28,077 nt of DNA from a virus. The position numbers and the translations under genes are program-made. The stretch lies in IMG/VR virus record IMGVR_UViG_3300037067_017524, positions 1 through 28,077 of that record; one strand, written 5' to 3'. Shown here piece after piece: positions 24,587 through 28,077 of the stretch (positions are counted from its first letter, which is position 1; the number at the start of each line of letters is the position of its first letter). The notes under the pieces are model-generated. The model was given only the letters and a program-made list of their open reading frames with translations. It was not told the DNA's origin and did not search any database.

Positions 24587-24594
24587 TATAAATA
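24587..24594 (+). promoter_or_regulatory. T4-late-promoter-like TATAAATA box
   Basis: Exact TATAAATA lies 16 nt upstream of the tail-fiber-like gene ATG at 24611. A second exact copy is at 21849-21856. Inexact variants lie upstream of the sheath (TATAAATG, 7756-7763) and tube (AATAAATG) genes. Confidence 0.35.
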
Positions 24595-24610
24595 ATAATA
24601 ATGATACTAA

Positions 24611-25300
24611 ATGCCACAATTTATAAAAAATAAACAGATTTTAATAAGTAGTGATTTTGATATAAATAATCAGAAGTTAATAAATGTATCGAATCCGATA
24701 AATGAACAAGATGCTGCAACTAAAACTTATGTTGTAAGTGGTGATACATCATTAAGTGTTGCATTATCAACAGAAATATCAAGTAGAACAAGTGACGTTT
24801 CATCATTGTCGACCGCTGTTAGTGGTAGTGTAACTTCTTTGTCTAGTTTAACAGATGTTAGTTTAAGTAATTCAATTGATTATGATTTAATTTATAATTC
24901 GGGTGGAACATGGAGGAATACTCCTAATTTATGGACTGAATCTAATAGTGCTGTAACTTTACGAGAATCTGATTATGATTTATCACTAGATAATATTGAA
25001 ATGACAACAAATGGTGGAGTATTGACTTTTGCAGATATGTCGGTTACAAGTAGTGCTACTATCGGAACTGAGGAAAGTTACAGTTTTAATTTAGATGGCA
25101 GTTCAATAATTAGAATATATGGACAAGCATCTGGTACAACTGGTATAACTAATAGTGGTTTAGTATTAGATGGAAATTATTATTACGCAGGTGAACCGAC
25201 AACAGACGGAAGTTGGAGATGGTTTGTTAATATTGACGGTGATTTGGAATTTCAAAAGTTGATAGGTGGAATATGGACATATAAACAAAAATTCACTTAA
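24611..25300 (+). CDS. Tail-fiber-like protein
   Basis: N-terminus ...QKLINVSNPINEQDAATKTYV matches the common phage tail-fiber N-terminal motif (ITNLADPT-DQDAVNKKYV). The remainder is Ser/Thr-rich. Confidence 0.6.
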   Translation: MPQFIKNKQILISSDFDINNQKLINVSNPINEQDAATKTYVVSGDTSLSVALSTEISSRTSDVSSLSTAVSGSVTSLSSLTDVSLSNSIDYDLIYNSGGTWRNTPNLWTESNSAVTLRESDYDLSLDNIEMTTNGGVLTFADMSVTSSATIGTEESYSFNLDGSSIIRIYGQASGTTGITNSGLVLDGNYYYAGEPTTDGSWRWFVNIDGDLEFQKLIGGIWTYKQKFT

Positions 25301-25309
25301 AAGAAATGT

Positions 25310-25672
25310 TTAGAAAGAAATATCGTTGCTAGGACGAGAAGAGTCAAACCCCGGAACCATACCACTTACATCTGGTTGAATTCTTGGGTTTTCTGCCATT
25401 CTATCCGTAGTATTGATTGGATCGCCTACACCCTTATATCTACCTATTATTTGACCTATTTTGACTCCGTGATCGGGTGCATTGTATAAGAAACTATCTT
25501 TAACTTTATGAGAAACAATGAAATAAGTTTTTGTAACCTTTTGTATAATTTCAACGGGACATAAATCACCAGTTAAGTAATATCTAATCATTACGATATC
25601 ACCAACTGCATAATCATTTTCAGTTTTACGTTTTTCATTTAAGAAATCATTATATTTTAGTACATTATCCAT
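25310..25672 (-). CDS. Hypothetical protein with an N-terminal capsid-targeting-like motif
   Basis: N-terminus MDNVLKYNDFLNE-KRK, the same motif as the 18954-19952 and 18662-18943 proteins. Confidence 0.5.
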   Translation of the reverse strand: MDNVLKYNDFLNEKRKTENDYAVGDIVMIRYYLTGDLCPVEIIQKVTKTYFIVSHKVKDSFLYNAPDHGVKIGQIIGRYKGVGDPINTTDRMAENPRIQPDVSGMVPGFDSSRPSNDISF

Positions 25673-25677
25673 TTATA

Positions 25678-25998
25678 TTATTTGGTTTTTATAAGAATGT
25701 CATTTTTATCAGCCCAATCATACAAATCTTCGTATATTGGTACTAAGGTTTCTTCATTCTTACCTTCATTCATTTTATTAATAATGGGAACAACTTCGTT
25801 CCAAACATCAGTACCAAGATTAACAATATCATTTTTATACTTTAATAATCTGTTCTTGTACTCGGTGTTGAACTGTTCTATTGTAATTCCCTTAGATTCA
25901 TATTGATTCCAGATGTCCGTGACATCTATTTGCATTCTCCATTCGTCTGCTCCAAAGAATTCTTCCATTTCAGATAAATAATATATTTTTCCTATCAT
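25678..25998 (-). CDS. Hypothetical acidic protein (106 aa)
   Basis: ORF co-oriented with 25310-25672 and 5 nt upstream of it. Confidence 0.45.
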   Translation of the reverse strand: MIGKIYYLSEMEEFFGADEWRMQIDVTDIWNQYESKGITIEQFNTEYKNRLLKYKNDIVNLGTDVWNEVVPIINKMNEGKNEETLVPIYEDLYDWADKNDILIKTK

Positions 25999-26161
25999 AT
26001 TAAATTATATTTTTCTTAAAATAAAATCTCTATATATTCAGTTTAGTGGATTAATTTTTATTTATATATTAAAACCAAATAGTTGAAAAATTTAATAAAT
26101 TATTTTTCAAAAATAAATCGTTGAATATTTATATATAAGAATAAATTGGACAAGATTAGAT

Positions 26162-27415
26162 ATGGCATCTTTAGAAGATATTTATAAGAAGATAGAAGAG
26201 AAACGTCTAAAAAAATTAGAAGAACAACGGATAGAGGAACAAAGAAGGTTTGAAGAGACTGAAAGGCAAAGACAGTTCATGATAAAAGACCAACTCTTGT
26301 ATGAAAGGTTGCATTCTATAACAGTTTCTACTTCTAATGCTGCTGGTGGAAGACTAACCATTCCAATTCCAACCAACCTAGCAATCACAGAAGACGGTTC
26401 AACTTTAAGTTGGGACTCAAGTTATTCTAACTTTGAAATCTGGGTTTCTATCGATTCTGCTGCTTATTATTTATCGGGAACAACAACACTAAAGACATAT
26501 ATTTTAGATCAACTTATTGAAGGAGATAGTTTTGACTATAAAGTGAGAGCATTTCAAGGATCAAAATATTCTCAATTCACTAGTAGTGTTAATTTTTATT
26601 GGAGTAGTTATTGGGCAAGTCAGACTGAAGTATTGTTCTTTGGTCAGATTTCAAAAATTACTGATGGTAAATTATATAATCAAAAAGTTGGAGCGACTGA
26701 TTATTTAACTGTTACAGGAAGTGCTGGAAGTTATACTTTTCAATGTCCACAAACAAATGACTATAAAAATGCCGACACGGACTATGCTTGGTTTGATAGT
26801 GTTAATCAAAGAACAGTTACTGAATCAGACCTTGTTAGTTATGATTTTACAAGAACTATAGTAAAATATCAAAGTACATATCCGTTCACATTAGAGGCAA
26901 TAATGATTTTATCTGAGGATTATGTTACAGATAAAATGCGTGATGATTTTAAATTATCTATATGGTGGAGTGGAACATTAAGTTTTCACGGGGAAGGCAA
27001 GGATAATAGAACAACTGGACGAAGTGTATATACTGCACTTGGTCCAGAGTTAATGACTAATGGTACATTTGACGGAGATAGTACAACAGGTTGGATAGGT
27101 TTAGGAACGTCATGGAATGTAACAGGCGGAAAGCTTGTCAGATCAGGAGCAACTACTGAATATATTACAGGTGCATGTACGGCATTTTTAAATGGAGATC
27201 ATTTAAGATTTTCATATACTGTTTCTGATGCATCAACCACATCATATAAGGTGTTTTCGAGTCCATTGTCTGTTACTTATAATGAAAACAATGGTGTGAA
27301 AAGTTATGATATTATTGCTACTGTAAATAATAATATCATAAGATTTCGTACATCTGCTTTGGGAGGTAATTTTTCCTTGGATAATATATCATTAAAAAAG
27401 ATTTTAAATTCATGA
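26162..27415 (+). CDS. Fiber/receptor-binding-like protein: N-terminal coiled coil, beta-rich middle, C-terminal CBM4/9-like jelly-roll
   Basis: N-terminus EEKRLKKLEEQRIEEQRRFEETERQRQ (coiled coil). C-terminus LMTNGTFDGDSTTGWIGLGTSWNVTGGKL has the NG-FE/D...TGW signature of carbohydrate-binding jelly-roll modules. Confidence 0.55.
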   Translation: MASLEDIYKKIEEKRLKKLEEQRIEEQRRFEETERQRQFMIKDQLLYERLHSITVSTSNAAGGRLTIPIPTNLAITEDGSTLSWDSSYSNFEIWVSIDSAAYYLSGTTTLKTYILDQLIEGDSFDYKVRAFQGSKYSQFTSSVNFYWSSYWASQTEVLFFGQISKITDGKLYNQKVGATDYLTVTGSAGSYTFQCPQTNDYKNADTDYAWFDSVNQRTVTESDLVSYDFTRTIVKYQSTYPFTLEAIMILSEDYVTDKMRDDFKLSIWWSGTLSFHGEGKDNRTTGRSVYTALGPELMTNGTFDGDSTTGWIGLGTSWNVTGGKLVRSGATTEYITGACTAFLNGDHLRFSYTVSDASTTSYKVFSSPLSVTYNENNGVKSYDIIATVNNNIIRFRTSALGGNFSLDNISLKKILNS

Positions 27416-28077
27416 CAGAGATAATTGAAGGGATAACGCCTGCGGAATTTATTACCGATATGAATGAGAATTTTGCTCTCATTAAATATACTAATACATC
27501 TTTGGCTACAATAGATGCCGACTCTAATATATCCGATTATGCCGGAAATTTCTCAACTATTAAAGATGAAACAACAAATCCGCCAACAACTAACTTATTA
27601 ATCGGTGGTATAAGAGGTGCAGAATTAGCAAGAAGGATAAACGCAAATTTTGCAAACTATACCGGAAGTGGAATGACATTTACCGTTGGTGCAGATAAAA
27701 ATTATACTACGGTTGCAAATGCCATTACAAGAGCTGTTGCTGGAAATACTATTCTTATAGACGAAGATACATATACTGAACAGGTTGTTTTGAAGAATGG
27801 AGTTAACCTAACAGGAATCGGAAGCGTTTTGTTTTCAAGAACAGGCGGTTCTACAAGCTATGATATTGAAGGAAATGCAGTTAATTGTACATTAACAAAT
27901 ATTCAAGTAATTGGCTCCTATGTAGTCAGAATGAAAAATAATTGTAACGTAACATTTGTTAATTCAGAGATAGCTGGGGGTGCATCATGGTATGGCAGAA
28001 TTTTAATAGATGCTTCTAATGTTAATTTTCATAACTGCACATTTAATCAATTGGGTGATGACAATTACCCTGTTACA
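27412..28077 (+). CDS. Right-handed beta-helix (pectate-lyase-like) tailspike/depolymerase, N-terminal part (continues beyond the window)
   Basis: ATG overlaps the upstream stop (ATGA at 27412-27415). Open to the window end. TFTVGADKNYTTVANAITRAVAGNTILIDEDTYTEQVVLKNGVNLTG is the typical beta-helix entry motif. The repeated turns NCTLTNIQV / NCNVTFVNSEI / NVNFHNCTFN follow. Confidence 0.65.
   Translation, partial: MTEIIEGITPAEFITDMNENFALIKYTNTSLATIDADSNISDYAGNFSTIKDETTNPPTTNLLIGGIRGAELARRINANFANYTGSGMTFTVGADKNYTTVANAITRAVAGNTILIDEDTYTEQVVLKNGVNLTGIGSVLFSRTGGSTSYDIEGNAVNCTLTNIQVIGSYVVRMKNNCNVTFVNSEIAGGASWYGRILIDASNVNFHNCTFNQLGDDNYPVT

Noticed and set aside
1-28077. Interpretation as a eukaryotic giant-virus or host-eukaryote fragment, given ankyrin repeats, a C2H2 finger and MVP
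   Set aside because: T4 gp19-type tail tube, myovirus sheath signatures, HNH/Hef homing endonucleases, rho-independent terminators and Bacteroidota-type promoters all indicate a tailed phage. The eukaryote-like genes are better explained as acquired accessory genes.
1-28077. tRNA genes or CRISPR arrays
   Set aside because: Scanning the non-coding spacers, especially 4455-5085, 7731-7895, 15113-15347 and 20351-20542, found no cloverleaf-compatible GC stems or GTTCRA T-loop. No regularly spaced direct repeats exist beyond the 2-copy elements reported.

Overview
This window reads as an AT-rich (about 30% GC by eye), densely packed, mostly plus-strand fragment of a T4-like contractile-tailed phage genome.

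**Structural genes.**
- A tail tube gene (T4 gp19 family).
- An unusually large tail sheath gene of 1143 aa.
- A tail-fiber-like gene.
- A receptor-binding protein with a jelly-roll (CBM-like) domain.
- A partial beta-helix tailspike at the right-hand edge.

**Homing-endonuclease-like genes.**
- Two PD-(D/E)XK 'Hef/DUF559-like' proteins, each with an N-terminal zinc finger and tandem repeats.
- One HNH endonuclease.
- One of these sits between the sheath and tube genes and the HNH sits just after the tube gene, with a duplicated terminator hairpin around the sheath-tube insert.

**Likely host.** The promoters (TTTG-N19-20-TAnnTTTG), the absence of Shine-Dalgarno sequences and a peptide deformylase starting MILPIVTYGNPTLRK all point to a Bacteroidota-type host.

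**Accessory genes.**
- An HD-domain hydrolase.
- A truncated NAD-ligase C-terminal module (Zn finger, HhH, BRCT) with no catalytic domain.
- An M20/M42-type peptidase.
- A HAD/NT5C-like protein.
- Two lipoproteins.
- A CheY-like receiver domain, translationally coupled (TAATG) to an ankyrin-repeat + ParB-nuclease fusion protein.
- A second ankyrin-repeat protein, partial, at the left edge.
- A tandem pair of paralogous genes that may have a GT-B fold.

**Most striking observations.**
1. An 827-aa full-length homolog of the eukaryotic major vault protein: N-terminal beta repeats, an SPFH-like shoulder, a cap-helix coiled coil and a cap-ring. It lies among the tail genes with its own promoter region and terminator.
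2. Three minus-strand ORFs, including the ankyrin-ParB fusion, share an N-terminal MxxLKtYkDFvNE motif that closely resembles the T4 internal-protein capsid-targeting sequence MKTYQEFIAE. This suggests they are packaged head proteins injected with the DNA.

No rRNA, tRNA or CRISPR array was recognised.
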